A stretch of 64,000 bases of DNA from the human T2T-CHM13v2.0 reference genome, Homo sapiens. Below are positions 40,808-53,305 of this stretch, piece after piece. The notes under the pieces were generated by a model that had not been told where the DNA came from, did not search any database, and worked only from the letters and a program-made list of their open reading frames with translations. The stretch lies in NCBI RefSeq assembly GCF_009914755.1, contig NC_060929.1, one strand, 5' to 3'. The translations under genes were made by a program, and so were the position numbers. Positions within the stretch are counted from its first letter, which is position 1. Each line of letters opens with the position of its first letter.

Positions 40808-42202
40808 GTGTAAGGCTGCATGAATTTACAGAATCTGGCAGAACTCAGCTGCTGTGGACAGGGCTCTTGCAATCCTTTGCCAGTGTGTTTACGTTGGCCC
40901 TTGATCTGAATGCTGGGTCAATACCTGCGTTCCGTTTGTTGAAAATGTGTTAAGCTGTATACTCGTGATTGGTGGGTGTACAGCCAAGAAAAGTTAAAAA
41001 CAAACAAACAAAAAAAGCCATGATGACCAAGGCTTGGGAAATGCTTTAGCCAGCGTGCCTGGGAAGGCCAGCCTTGCTGAGAAGGTGGTGTTTGAGATGA
41101 AGCATAGCGATAATGAGAAGCCAGTTCTGTGAGTCTGGCAATCCCTTCCAAGCCAACTTGGTCCTCTGAGGCAGAGACAATCTTGTGTTTGAATGGCAGC
41201 AGGAAGTGGGGTGGTGTGGCCTCATGAAGCCAGAAACTGGTAGGAAGTGAAGGTGAACAGATAGGTGGGGGCCTGATGGAGAGATCTTACAGATGATGGA
41301 AGGAGCAGTGCCCTGCCTTCTTCCCCATCCCTGCAACTAGGTAGGAATCTCTTGTCTGCCATTCTGTGATGCAGGCTGGTGGCTTAAGATGCCTCTCTCA
41401 TTCTGAGGCACCTGGTGATCCACTCTGTAGAGGTCTCCAGAGTTCTAGAGATCCTTCTGGGCAGGATTTAAGACATCCCGGTGCCACCACGCTTTTTCTC
41501 TCTCTTTTTATTTATATCTGTCTCTCTCGTGGGTCCCCATGAGCTTCCTGAGAAACCCATGTGCCTTCTTTGTCCCACTAACACATCTTTTTGCTCCATG
41601 GCCAGGCAGAACACAAGTCAGCCATGAGTCAAGGGTCAGACACCTGCCCACCATGTCTCTAAGCCCCAGGGGACCTAGCAACCTCATTGGAGCCACTTGG
41701 AGAGGGTGACATATCCCTGGTGCTTGGAGATGGAGCACCATCTCTCCTACATGTGAAGCAAAGGAAAAGGGGCTCTTATTTTTCTCCCATGGGCTGAAGT
41801 CATGAAAGGCATGACTCATACTTTTTTGCTTTTTTGGCCTCATTAAAGCAGCAGCCAAATATGTTTTTTTTTTTTAAGCCCTTATAATCTACTGCCTCTC
41901 TCAACTTCTCTCAATGTCTCCAAATACACAAGAGAGGTCAACTAATGGTCACAAGATTTTGTAAGCTTTGCATTGGTGACCCAGTATCATACTTTGGAAA
42001 GTGAAAGTACTTGAAACCAATTATCTTGGGAATTCAGCTAAAACTGAGACCGAGATAATTTCTTAGTAAAAGAAATTAGTAAAGTTTACACAGTTATACA
42101 GATGTGAATCTGCTAACTTCAGTTCAGTCGGTGACATTTTGTCATGTCCTAGACCAAGAGCTCTTGAGGGCAAGGCTACCTACATCTTTTTCTTCTTGGA
42201 TG

Positions 42203-42579
42203 GAGATATGGTTAGGCTTTGTGTCCCCACCTTAATCTCATCTTGAATTGTAATCCCCATAATCCCCACATGTCAAAGGAGTGACCAAGTGGAGATAATT
42301 GAATCCTGGGGGCCATTTCCCCCATGCTGTTCTTGTGATAGTGAATTCTCACAGGATCTGATGGTTTTATAAGGGGCTCCTCCCCTTTTGTTCAGTGCTT
42401 CTCCTTCCTGCCACCTTGTGAAGAAGGTGCCTTGCTTCCCCTTTGCTTTCTGCCGTGATTGTAAGTTTCCTGAGGCCACCCCAGCCATACTGAACTGTGA
42501 GACAATTAAAACTCTTTCCTTTATGAATTACCCAGTCTCAGGTATTTCTTTATAGCAGCATGAGAACAAACTTATACAG
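42203..42579 (+). mobile_element. MST MaLR solo LTR
   Basis: GATATGGTTAGGCTTTGTGTCCCCAC ... GTAAGTTTCCTGAGGCC ... CTTATACA. Confidence 0.87.
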
Positions 42580-43409
42580 ATGGCTCAAGTCAGGCATACA
42601 GGCATACAGTAGGAAGTCAAATATTTGAGTCTGAGACAAGGGCCTGAGTTTATTTGGGAGGTAATTCCAGGGAACAGGAGAGAGGGACCAAGAGGAGCAA
42701 GAAGCAGGAGAGACACCAAGGATGCACTACCCAGGTCACTGCTGAAGGCAACTGGTGAATGGTCATGAACCTTTCTGAGGGGCCTGGAGAGGCCTTGAAG
42801 AATTGCCCCAGAGGATCAACATGGAGGCATGTTTCATCACTTGCTCCTGTCTGCTCGGTGGAGGCTCGCTCCTTCAGTTGTTGACTCCTGAACTTGTACG
42901 ACCACTGCCCCAGGGCCTCACAGTCTCCCCTGGAGTGTCTTGCCTCCTTGGTGTCCGAGGAGCCCTAGGGCTGACAGCAAAAGACAGGGGCATGTACTGG
43001 AGGTGAGATGCTTCTTTCATGAGGTGAGTCATAGCCCCACGGAATGGTCCACCAGAGATGAGGGTGGAATGAGATGTGAGGCCCTGAGGATGCAGGGCAG
43101 GTTACCAGAGACAGATGAAACCATGGGCAAGGCAGACTTTGGCAATTTTGATTATTAAGAGGCTTTAGTTCCTTTTTTAAAAATACTCTTTTTAAAAAAG
43201 TATTTTCCTATATGATCTTATTATATATTCCCAGGTACATGAGTGGAATACAAGGTCACAGAGTCATACATTTAGGCTCCTCATGTCTGTACTCGTACCC
43301 AAAAGTTCTGTGCCGGAGAAGGGGAGGATGAAAGAAGCATAAAAACCCTCCTCTCAAAGGAGGCAAATTAATAGAGTAAGGACACACACTGGGGCTGGGT
43401 TAAACGTAG

Positions 43410-44060
43410 TGTATTAGTGAGGGTTCCCTCAAGGGACAGAACTAATAGGATGTATATATATATCTATGTAAAGATATATATTATATATATTTTTTTATAT
43501 GGGAGTTTATTAAGGAGTATTAACTCACGTGATCACAAGTTCCCTGTATTAGTTCGTTTTCACTCTGCTGATAAAGACATACCCAAGACTGGGATGAAAA
43601 GAGGTTTAATTGGACTTAGAGTTCCACATGGCTAGGGAGGCCTCAGAATCATGGCAGGAGATGAAAGGCACTCCTTACATGGTGGCGGCAAGAGAAAATG
43701 AGGAAGATGCAAAAGTGGAAACCCCTGATAAAACCATCAGATCTCATGAGACTTATTCCCTACCACGAGAATATGGGGGAACCACCCCCATGATTCAAGC
43801 TATCTCCCTCCGGGTCTCTCCCACAACACATGAGAATTATGGAGATTTGGGTCGGGACGTAGAGCCAAACCATATCAGTCCTACAATCGGCCACCTGCAA
43901 GCTGAGGAGCAAGGAGGCCAGTCTGAGTCCCAGAGCTGAAGAACTTGGAGTTTGATGTTCAAGGGCAGGAAGCATCTAGCACGGGAGAAAGAGGTAGGCT
44001 GGGAGGCTAAGCCAGTCTAGTCTTTCACCTTCTTCTGCCTGCTTTTATATTCTGGCATCA
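43410..44060. mobile_element. MLT2A-like LTR with a nested THE1 LTR at about 43545-43877
   Basis: MLT2 start TGTATTAGTGAGGGTTCCCTCAAGGGACAGAACTAATAGGAT, interrupted by TGTATTAGTTCGTTTTCACTCTGCTGATAAAGACATACCC ... AAACCATATCA, then MLT2 resumes. Confidence 0.85.
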
Positions 44061-44639
44061 TTCCCAAGGCATTCAAGCCAAATTGAAGCAAGTCTCTGGA
44101 TCTGCCCTTTGGTTTAATAGGAAATGCAGCAGATAGATATAGAAACAAGTTAGACAACACCAAATCAACAGTGTGGGACATTCTACAGGGCAATTGATCT
44201 AATTTCTCCAATAACTTAATGACATGAAAACTACGTGAGAAAGAGTAGCAGTTAGAGACATAAGAGACTTCAGTGGTAGAATCTCTAAAAGTCATACGTG
44301 GACTTTGGATCCTGATTCAAAAACATCAACAGTTAAAAAATATTTTTGAGATAGTACAGGAAATTTAGAATATAGACTACACATTAAATGATGACAGGGA
44401 ATAATAACTAATTTTGTTATTTGTAACAATGGCTGAATGATTAGATAAAAAAAGAAAAAAAGCTTATCAATTATAGATGAATACTGAAGTATTTAGGATA
44501 AAATAATATGATAGCTTGGATTTCTCTAGAAACATTCCAGTGGAAAAAAAAAAAAAGAAAAAGTTAAAGAATAGATGAAACATGATTGGAAAATTATGGT
44601 AATTTTCATGCTGAATAGAGGAACTTGCAAACTTATACT

Positions 44640-44775
44640 TTTTTTTTTAGAGATGGGGTTTTGCTCTGCCACTCAGGCTGGAGAGCAGTGGCGTGATCAT
44701 AGCTCCTGGCCTCAAGTAATCCTCCTGCCGTGGCCTCCCAAAGCACTGGGAATACAACACGAGCCACTGAGCCAG
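44640..44775 (-). mobile_element. Partial, rearranged Alu fragment within old L1-like sequence
   Basis: T-run, AGAGATGGGGTTTTGC ... CTCAAGTAATCCTCCTGCC ... GAGCCACTGAGCC. Confidence 0.75.
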
Positions 44776-47700
44776 CTTTTCTTTCAATTCTTATACTTTT
44801 CTTTCAATTCTTATGTGTGTTCAAAATTTCCTGTAATACAAGCAAAAACAGTAGGGTTATTAAGATTGTTTCTTGTAAACATTAGAACCCAAAATATCAA
44901 CTCCACCCACACACTGTGAGCACTCTGTATCGGAGACTGTGGGAGTGGGAGGGAGATGTTTGCTTTTTCTGGGATGGGATTACAAGTACTGGATGAAGGC
45001 AAAATTTCTTTTGATGGAGCCCAACAGGGGGAGAACATCAACATGAAGGCAGGTTTCCTGACTCGTGCAGCAGGGGAGACTGCACACCACAGGAGCCTAG
45101 AGACATCGAGTCAAACATAGGACTAGACAGGGCTGTTGTAGGATTTGGGGAGGGGTGAATTTAGGTAAAATTTAATGAAGCTGAGCTGGAGAGACTCAAG
45201 CACAGCAAGTTAGTGTGCCAAAGAGTTAACAGTAACCCTGACCTAAGAAGCCGATTCAGGTCCCTCAAAGGGAAAAGAAATGTGGAACGTTGTATGCAAA
45301 ATTCCCACGTCTAGAGCTCTGCAATTGAGGGGGATATTGAAGCTACTTCTCCATTGGTCAGATTGGCCCATGTGGCTCAGCTCATATAGACAACAGTTAG
45401 ATGTTCCATTTTATTGCTCTGATTTCAAACAACAAAGGCTTTAGAGAACAAAGTTTCTTAGCACTATGTCCTTGATGATAATTAACAAAGGCAGTTGTCA
45501 AAGGCTCACAGTGGCACCCCTAGAAGTCCTGACCAGCAAGTTAGCCATGTTCCTTCTTACAGACCATGCCTTACATGACCCTTCACCGCGAGCTGTACGA
45601 TAAAGTTTAACTGAGAATGAAGGAACACACGTGTACCAATAACAATAATTGCACCCAATGTTCACTGAGTATTTACTATTTTCCAGGAATTGGGCTAAAC
45701 AGCTTACAAGACGTGTCTCATTTCACTATCTACACTAAGTATTTAGACTCCAAATGGGGGTGGGCACATTCCCAATTTGGGAGATCGCAGCCCTAAGGGG
45801 ATAATTTGCCTGGTTCCTCACTGAGCCAAGACCCCTCTCTGGATTTGCGCACATCATCTTCTGGTAGGTATACTTTTTTTTTTTTTTAATTTTATTTATT
45901 TTTTTTTTAGGAGGAACTGACTGCTTCCGTTTTCCCAGAATTCTATCAAATATCTTTCAAGTGTCCACATGTACCCAAGCGACGCACATTCCTCACATAG
46001 AGGAAGGCAAGGAAAGGTAAAGAAGACTGCCTGTGTTGTTCAGGCAGAACTGTCACCACACTCTTCCACAGCTCCTGCCTGCCTGCCATCTACACACACA
46101 CTCACAACACACACTCAGAGAGGATCCACTCTCTCCTCCAGAGATCCTCTAGTTTCAACTGCTGCAGCCCAAAGTCCTGAACTTTGCTGCCCCCTATTGA
46201 TAGGCCCAAAGACTATCACTGTTGCTGCAGGGGTTGTGCTAGCAAGTAAAACAATTTTTTTTCATTCATTTTTCTTGCTTTGCTTTACTTTTGAAAACAA
46301 ATATAGAAAGGTTATGCAATTATTAAAAATATTATCAAATATATAGTTGCAAGAGCCATCATATTGAATATGTAATTGCAACTGACACATTCAGATCACT
46401 TTTGTTTGTACAGGTATAGACATACCAATGAATTCATCAGCATGAGAATTCAGTTTAAAAGGACTTAGCTTTATGATTTGACAAAGCTTGTCAAATTTGC
46501 TCGTTAGTGACACCAGCAACCTTATATCTCTCTATTAGCCTAAATTATTTTCATGTACTTCGGGATTAAAATTTGAACAGGGCCAGAGGCAGGTCTAGCC
46601 TCCCTCCCTGGGCCAACCCTGTATGCTTTACACTGGGTGTTCCAGCCATTGACAATTGCGCCCCTAGACCCTGCTCTCTTCCTTCTAAAACTCAGCTTAC
46701 AAATCACTCTGAGGCTCTCTCTCACTGCCCAGGTGGGCATGAGGTCTCTGTGTTCCCAGAGCCTTGACTGTGTGTCAGGGTGCCGGAGGCCTCACCACTC
46801 CCATCGCCTGCTCACTAATCTCACCTGTTTCAAGCCCCTCAAGGGCAGGGGCTCTTTCCTATTTGGCCCTAGAGCTGGAGCATTGAGTGTGCCCAGCGTG
46901 ATCAGAACTGTCTGCTGAATGCGTACGTGAAGAGGGTAGGGGAGAGCCAAATGAGACAGGATCAGCAGAGGCTGTAAGTGAAAACTGCAGAAGGAGGAGC
47001 ATCTGATTCTGATGAGCAAACAGGGAAAAGCTTGCAATGGATGAGATGGACTTACATCAACAGCACAGGTGAAGAACGCTCGTGCTGTATTTTTCTTCAT
47101 AGCATTTATAACAGACCGTCATTACCTCTTCGTGTGGCTGTTTAATTGGTTAAGTCCCTTTCTGCTCCTTAAACTGAATGCTTTTAACCTCACACCACAT
47201 TGCTGGGTTGAGTTTCGCACCAAAAATTAGCTGAGTCATAGGAAGAGGTGTACAGCACAGTGAGGGTGGACCAGAGGCCAGGGAGGGAACCTGAGTTCAC
47301 TAAAAAGGCAGAAAAAGACACAGGACTGGATATTAGCTGCAAGGAGGTGTGAAAGGGGTTTCTGAGGCCTGATATGATCTGGAACAGATCTTAGGCTCAG
47401 TGTCAGGAATGCCTGTTTTAAGTCATCTAAGAGCTGTGAAAAAGTGTAAATCATCTAATTACCCAGATTTCAGAGAGCTGTGAGAATCCTTCCAAGCCAG
47501 GTCCCAAATGAGCGGCAAGGTCAGCTGGGTACCCGGATACATCAGAATCTACCGTGCTTATCTCCTGCTCAATCTCAATTTGCTTCCATTGCCTCTCTCT
47601 TTCTTTGTAATTGGAGACAAAAAATGATCTTAGCTCATCTAGTTTCCATTTCCTGTTCTAAAGATAAGTAAATAGACCCAAAAAGCTAAAGTGAAGTAAA

Positions 47701-48297
47701 AACCATGATGGGGTAGACGTTCAGACTAACACCAGCTAACTTGCACTGTGTGCTTACTCTGTGCAAGGCACTTTTCTAAGTGCTTTATGTAATTATCATC
47801 TCAACCTGTTACAGGTTCAATTGTATCCCTCCTCCCTCCTTCAAAAAATACACTCTGCTACTCCAGTCGGCTCTCTTGTCCTCTTCTCCTTGAAACTGTA
47901 ACCTGACTGTGATGAGGCAATGAAGGCTCTGCAATGAACTAATGACAATTTAATTCATTCTTGATTTATAATTTAGAAGATCCTCCCTCCAATCAAACAG
48001 CTCCCCAAAAAACCTACCTAAATTGCTTTTCCATTTCTCTAAATATTTATTAAAAAAAAGTTTCCATACTAATATATCTCATTAACCACAAGATTGTTTC
48101 TGCATAATTCTATAATATTTATATCCAAAGCACTGTACTCTATTTCTCATTGCTCCTTTTCCTTACGGTAAATCTCACTTCCACTCACAGCACACAAAGA
48201 GAAAAAATTTCCTCCATCTGTTAGAAAACAAAAGGTCTCTAAAGAGCAAAATATTTTCATTTAGCAGATAACTATGACAAAATACTTAAAAATAACA

Positions 48298-48303
48298 TTT
48301 ATT
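48298..48303 (-). terminator. Candidate polyadenylation signal of FASTKD3
   Basis: AATAAA on the - strand about 255 nt after the stop codon. Confidence 0.7.
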
Positions 48304-48558
48304 CATTGAATTCCTTTACAGCACATGATCAATTGTTTGATGTACAAAAAGTATCTATGACACTAGTATTAAATTAAAATTAATTTTAAATTTTACCACA
48401 ATAAATGTATACATAGTATAAGGAAAACTACAGATGCTTTCAGATCACCAGTCTAGAACATATTCTGCAAAGTGGCTAATTCACATTATATTTTTCTTTT
48501 AATACTGAGTTCCATAAAAATGCAAGTTCTTCCATTGTTTGAGTTCTGAAGTCAGTAT

Positions 48559-48663
48559 TCATTCTTGCAACCAATGAACAGTGTTTTGAGAAAACAGTTT
48601 TCTTTGTAAATATTCCACCAATTCACGTCTTGATTTTAGCATCCCAATCTCATGATAGGGGAT
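48559..48663 (-). CDS. FASTKD3: FASTKD3 last coding exon (end of the RAP domain)
   Basis: tttacag|ATC ... GAA TGA; encodes IPYHEIGMLKSRRELVEYLQRKLFSQNTVHWLQE*. Confidence 0.93.
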   Translation of the reverse strand: MPYHEIGMLKSRRELVEYLQRKLFSQNTVHWLQE

Positions 48664-49784
48664 CTGTAAAGGTAGAAAAGTAAAACTGGTCAAGATCCTT
48701 CAAAATCTGAGGTTCCTCTGGCTATTGGTTACTTTGTTTGTTTCTTACACGCTTCCCCACAGCGGAATGTAAGCTCCTGGAAGGCAAATATCCCAACCAG
48801 CTTCTTCATCCTGTATCCCCAATGTCTAGAACAGTGCCTGGCACTGAGAAGGGGCTTGGTAAATATTTGATGAATTAATATGTAGAATATGCAAATAAGA
48901 ATTAAACATGATCTCTTGTTCTCCAGGAGTTCACAACTTGGGTGGCAAGTTAAATTACACAATAAATATAAAAAACAAGCTGTAGGTTGGTGATCTAGTG
49001 CTAAGAGGGAGTGAGCATTTCATTAGATGAGGGTGGGGATGCCGACAAACTGCTGGAAGGTAGGTATTCAGAGAGCTGGAGGACGCAGCAGGGACAAAGA
49101 GGGAATGAAGAGGGAGAGAGCAGGAGGCGCAGCAAAGGAGAGAGTCTGCTCAGCTGGGAGCAGAGGGGCCAGGTAGTAATCATGTGCCTGCAGCCTGGCT
49201 GCAGGCCAACCATTGGAGGGTCTTGAATGTTAAGATGTAGAGAAGTTTTTACTTTATTCTGTAAGCAGTAAAGAAACATTGAAGCTTCTGAGTAGACACT
49301 GGCATGATTAGTTTTAGGAATATTCAGCTGGGGATGTGCAAGATGGAGAAAAAAGTCAGCAGATATGAAACCACAGTGCTGCCTAGTACTGACAGCTTAG
49401 AGAATTAGGGCAGCGCTCATTCTCACGCACTGCTGAGCCCTCACATAAGACCTTCTTACATTATCTACAGTGAAATATTTAAAAGGTCTTAAATATTAAG
49501 TGTTGGTGAAGCTCCTTATTTTAATGGATTATCTTGTTCATTTTTATTTATTAAATCAAGGAGAAATTAAAACAGAACATATATTCCAACAATTGAGTAA
49601 TTCTAAAAGCAGGGTTAAGCATAGCTTATAATGAATATAGGTAGGCCCCACTTTTGAAAAATCAAAGCTCTGAAAATTCTGTATTTCAAAATATAAGTCA
49701 AGAGATTTAAGCCGAATTAACAACGTTGGGATTTAAACTAGACGTAAGATCGGTGGTCCACTGGGCTGGCAAACCAGTTAGTAC

Positions 49785-50201
49785 TGTAAAAGCAAATTAA
49801 AATGGAGCCTGTGCCTGAAAAATCCCTGAGCAGACCAAGCCAGTTGGGCCTTGAAAATAACCTTAACTTTGCTTAAAGTGCAAATGTTAAGCAAAATTTA
49901 ACTTGGGCTATTTCTTGTAGAAGCTTCTACTACAGAAAAACAGAACTTAAGCTCAACCAATCAGAAGCATCTCACAAACTAATAATTATATAACTAGGAA
50001 CTTTCCACAGAATAGTTCAAACAAGGCAGCAAGAATATGTAACTGTAACCAGTCAAGTAGATTCTTTGTGTACTTGTGTTCTTCCTATAAAAGCCTCCCT
50101 CTTGGGTTCCCAAGCCATTTCGAGTTTTGTGCTGTCCAGTTCAATAATTGCTGCCTGATCAAATTCTTTAAAATTTTACTGTGCCTCAGATTACTTTTTA
50201 A
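49785..50201 (+). mobile_element. Probable ERV1-class solo LTR, antisense to FASTKD3
   Basis: Begins TGTAAA; contains CCAATCAG (49957) and TATAAAA (50086) in LTR U3 order; subfamily not resolved. Confidence 0.6.
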
Positions 50202-50272
50202 AAGTAACCTGGAAAAATAATTTTGAAATAGGATTTGCTTTTGGGAAACAAAAAAAATAGGTGAAACCGTAC

Positions 50273-50387
50273 CTGAACAACTTGATAACCGAGTAACTGT
50301 AGGTGTCTTTGTTTAATAGCTTCTTTCCCCAGTAAGTGTTTGCTATTGGAGCAAAACCTTTTTGGACCATCAATACACAGTGCTATC
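50273..50387 (-). CDS. FASTKD3: FASTKD3 coding exon (RAP domain)
   Basis: tttcag|G ATA ... CAG|gtacgg; encodes IALCIDGPKRFCSNSKHLLGKEAIKQRHLQLLGYQVVQ, the RAP-domain motif; 115 nt. Confidence 0.94.
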
Positions 50388-50706
50388 CTGAAAAATAAAA
50401 AAGGAGAAAAATACTTAATTTTTTAAATAATCCAAAATATTTATTATATATTTTAGTTGCCAAAGTTTATTTGGGATTTGGCTATTACTATGTGCCAATA
50501 TTATTTTCAAATGAATCATGAATTTGATCTTATTAATATTAATGTTTATAAAATATTACAAGGAATTTCCCAACATGGTATTCTGAAATGTAGTATTTTA
50601 ATTTCCAGAATCATATCTATTTTTTTCACCTTCTTGAGAAAAAGATACCGCTGCTTATTAGCCTCAACGAGTCTTGTAATGTGAAAAACACAACATTTTC
50701 CTGTAC

Positions 50707-50776
50707 CTTTTATGGATATCTTCATTAGCTGTGGATGGCAATACAAATCCTTCTTCATCTAATTTAATTTCAACAT
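50707..50776 (-). CDS. FASTKD3: FASTKD3 coding exon
   Basis: caccag|AT GTT ... AAA AG|gtacag; encodes DVEIKLDEEGFVLPSTANEDIHKR; 70 nt, phases consistent. Confidence 0.92.
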
Positions 50777-51394
50777 CTGGTGAGAGAAGAAAGGAAAAAT
50801 TCCTCGTGTGATACCCTCACAAACACTATCTTCCTGTATTCATTCCTTTGCTTTGCTTTGATTCCTTCCACCTTGCATTGATCAATTGGACTGAAGGCTG
50901 CAAAGTAATGACCACAACCAAACAATGGTGAGAATTTTAATTCAATTGGCTTTATGATCAATCAAGTCAGCCTTAAATTAAGAAAGCTCAATAACGCTAA
51001 ACCACAGAATGGGTTCTGAAGTTATCTGGGGTATGACAAGAACCATGCATGCTTTCTCTTTCCCCTTATGATAGGTGGCAGAGATCCTTCAATCCAGACT
51101 GTGAAGAAAACCCTTGAGTTAAGACATTAGACATCTGTGCAACTCATAACTTCCATCATTCCAACTTGCAGTGCCTCCATGGTAAGTAAAGAAAGCATGC
51201 CACACCCAGACACCTGGTCTGCGAGCACGGAAGGCTTCCGAACTGTCCTTCCCCTCTGGTAAACTGCAGTTCCCTTCGTAAAGAGAAGAGAAGTGACCAT
51301 CTGAAGCCTATGAACTGCTGTCCTTTACGAGAAGGCTTTCTTCTGCTCATCAAGTTAGAAGAACTGTAAGGACGGAGGACTTGGAGTCTCTTGT

Positions 51395-51583
51395 CAGTGC
51401 TGTCCAGGAGAAATTTCTGTGATGTGGAAATCTTTATAATGGTGCTGTCCAATTTGGCAGCCATGAGCCACATGTGGCTACTGAGCACTTACAATGTGAC
51501 TGAGGAATTGAATTTTCTTAAACTTTTAATAATTTAAATTTAAATAGCCACATGGTCTAGTGGCTACTATATTTGGACAGTAC
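51395..51583. mobile_element. MER3-like hAT-Charlie element
   Basis: CAGTGCTGTCCA ... AGCCACATGTGGCTACTGAGCACTT ... TTGGACAGTACA. Confidence 0.75.
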
Positions 51584-51946
51584 AAGCCTAGGTTATAGTA
51601 GTAGCTAACAATTAGTGAGCATTTCCTACGTTCCAGGTACTATTTTATTTAGACCTTAAGTAAGTCTTTGAGGTCAATATTACTATCATTTTACAGAGGA
51701 AGAAGCAAGCAGAAAAAGGTTAAATATTCTGCCCAGGATATTCTGCTACTACGTGGCTAATATTTGAGACTTAAACCCAGACAGTCTTGACTCAACGGCT
51801 CTGCTGCTAACCCCAACTTGCCTTCAGGGAAGGGACCATTCCATTTTGCATTTCCAGAGAACTTCTATTGCTTCTAAGTCCCATATATCTCCAAAATCGA
51901 ACAGGATGCTTAGGTTTAAAACAACAAAACTCCTTATACTACTTAC

Positions 51947-52121
51947 CTATTGTATAACAATAGGGTGTCAACACTTTTGGAGCAAAATATAATCTTGCTC
52001 CTAAAAGGTTAGTCAGCCCAATCTTCACATATCTATAAAGCTGAGAATCCACAGGGGTCTCCAGGGAACAGCATGGGGTAAGAAATGACTTCACTTGATA
52101 TTTAGGAAGGAGTTTTGGACC
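51947..52121 (-). CDS. FASTKD3: FASTKD3 coding exon (FAST_2 region)
   Basis: tttttag|GGT ... ATA G|gtaagt; encodes GPKLLPKYQVKSFLTPCCSLETPVDSQLYRYVKIGLTNLLGARLYFAPKVLTPYCYTI; 175 nt. Confidence 0.93.
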
Positions 52122-52507
52122 CTAAAAAATCATAAGTGCAAATGTGAGAAAGAAAAATAAGATATAACAACAGAGAATAAATTGAAGGTTACCTAGGTAG
52201 AAAAGTTTGATATAACATTACTTTATAGGCATGATACTTTTCCAGGAATTGGGACAGGCATCTCTCTCAAAATGATAATGCAAACTTCTCTTCTTACAGT
52301 GCAAGTCTAATAGTTCAAAATGTCTTTTATATGTGTTTTTACAGTAGTCACTGGTTACCATAAACAGAAAGAAAAGTAAAGAAGGAAGGTAAAAAGGAGT
52401 GAGGAGAGAGTGAGAAGAAACATAATAATGCTAACAGTTCAAGAAACATTTTTAGAACTGAGAATTGTCCCAAGGGTCTTAAGTACACACAACTAAAGTT
52501 TTCAACA

Positions 52508-52742
52508 CAGGTTTAATTTCTCTAATCTGAAAATCCAAAATCCAAAATGCTCCAAAATCCGAAACCTTTTAAGCACAGACAGGCTGCTTAAAGAAAATGC
52601 TCATGAAGCATTCTGGATTTCAAATTTTTGAATTAGGGATGCTGAACTGGTAAATATAATGAGAATATTTTAAAATATGAAAAAATCTGAAAGCTGAAAC
52701 ACTTCTGGTCCTGAGCATTTTGGATAAGGGATACTCAATCTG
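52508..52742. mobile_element. Tigger4a/MER46-like DNA transposon
   Basis: AAAATCCAAAATCCAAAATGCTCCAAAATCCGAAAC ... TTTTGGATAAGGGATACTCAATCTG|TA. Confidence 0.8.
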
Positions 52743-52959
52743 TAATGGAAAATGTGATATAAATGACATTCCAGTTTAGGAAGAAAAGGATAGCAATATA
52801 ATAAACGATGCTGGAGAAAATGGTTATTTATTTGGAAAATAACTAAATTAAACTTCTGTCATCCATGACAGATGCTAATAAATTCCAGGTGTACAACATG
52901 CTGACTATAGTTAATAAGAATGATTGCGTGCTTGAAAATGGCTGAGAGTACTTTTTTAC

Positions 52960-53305
<346 letters not shown>

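Noticed and set aside
44980-45560. Possible additional old LTR
   Set aside because: Some LTR-like composition, but I could not identify termini or a family confidently.
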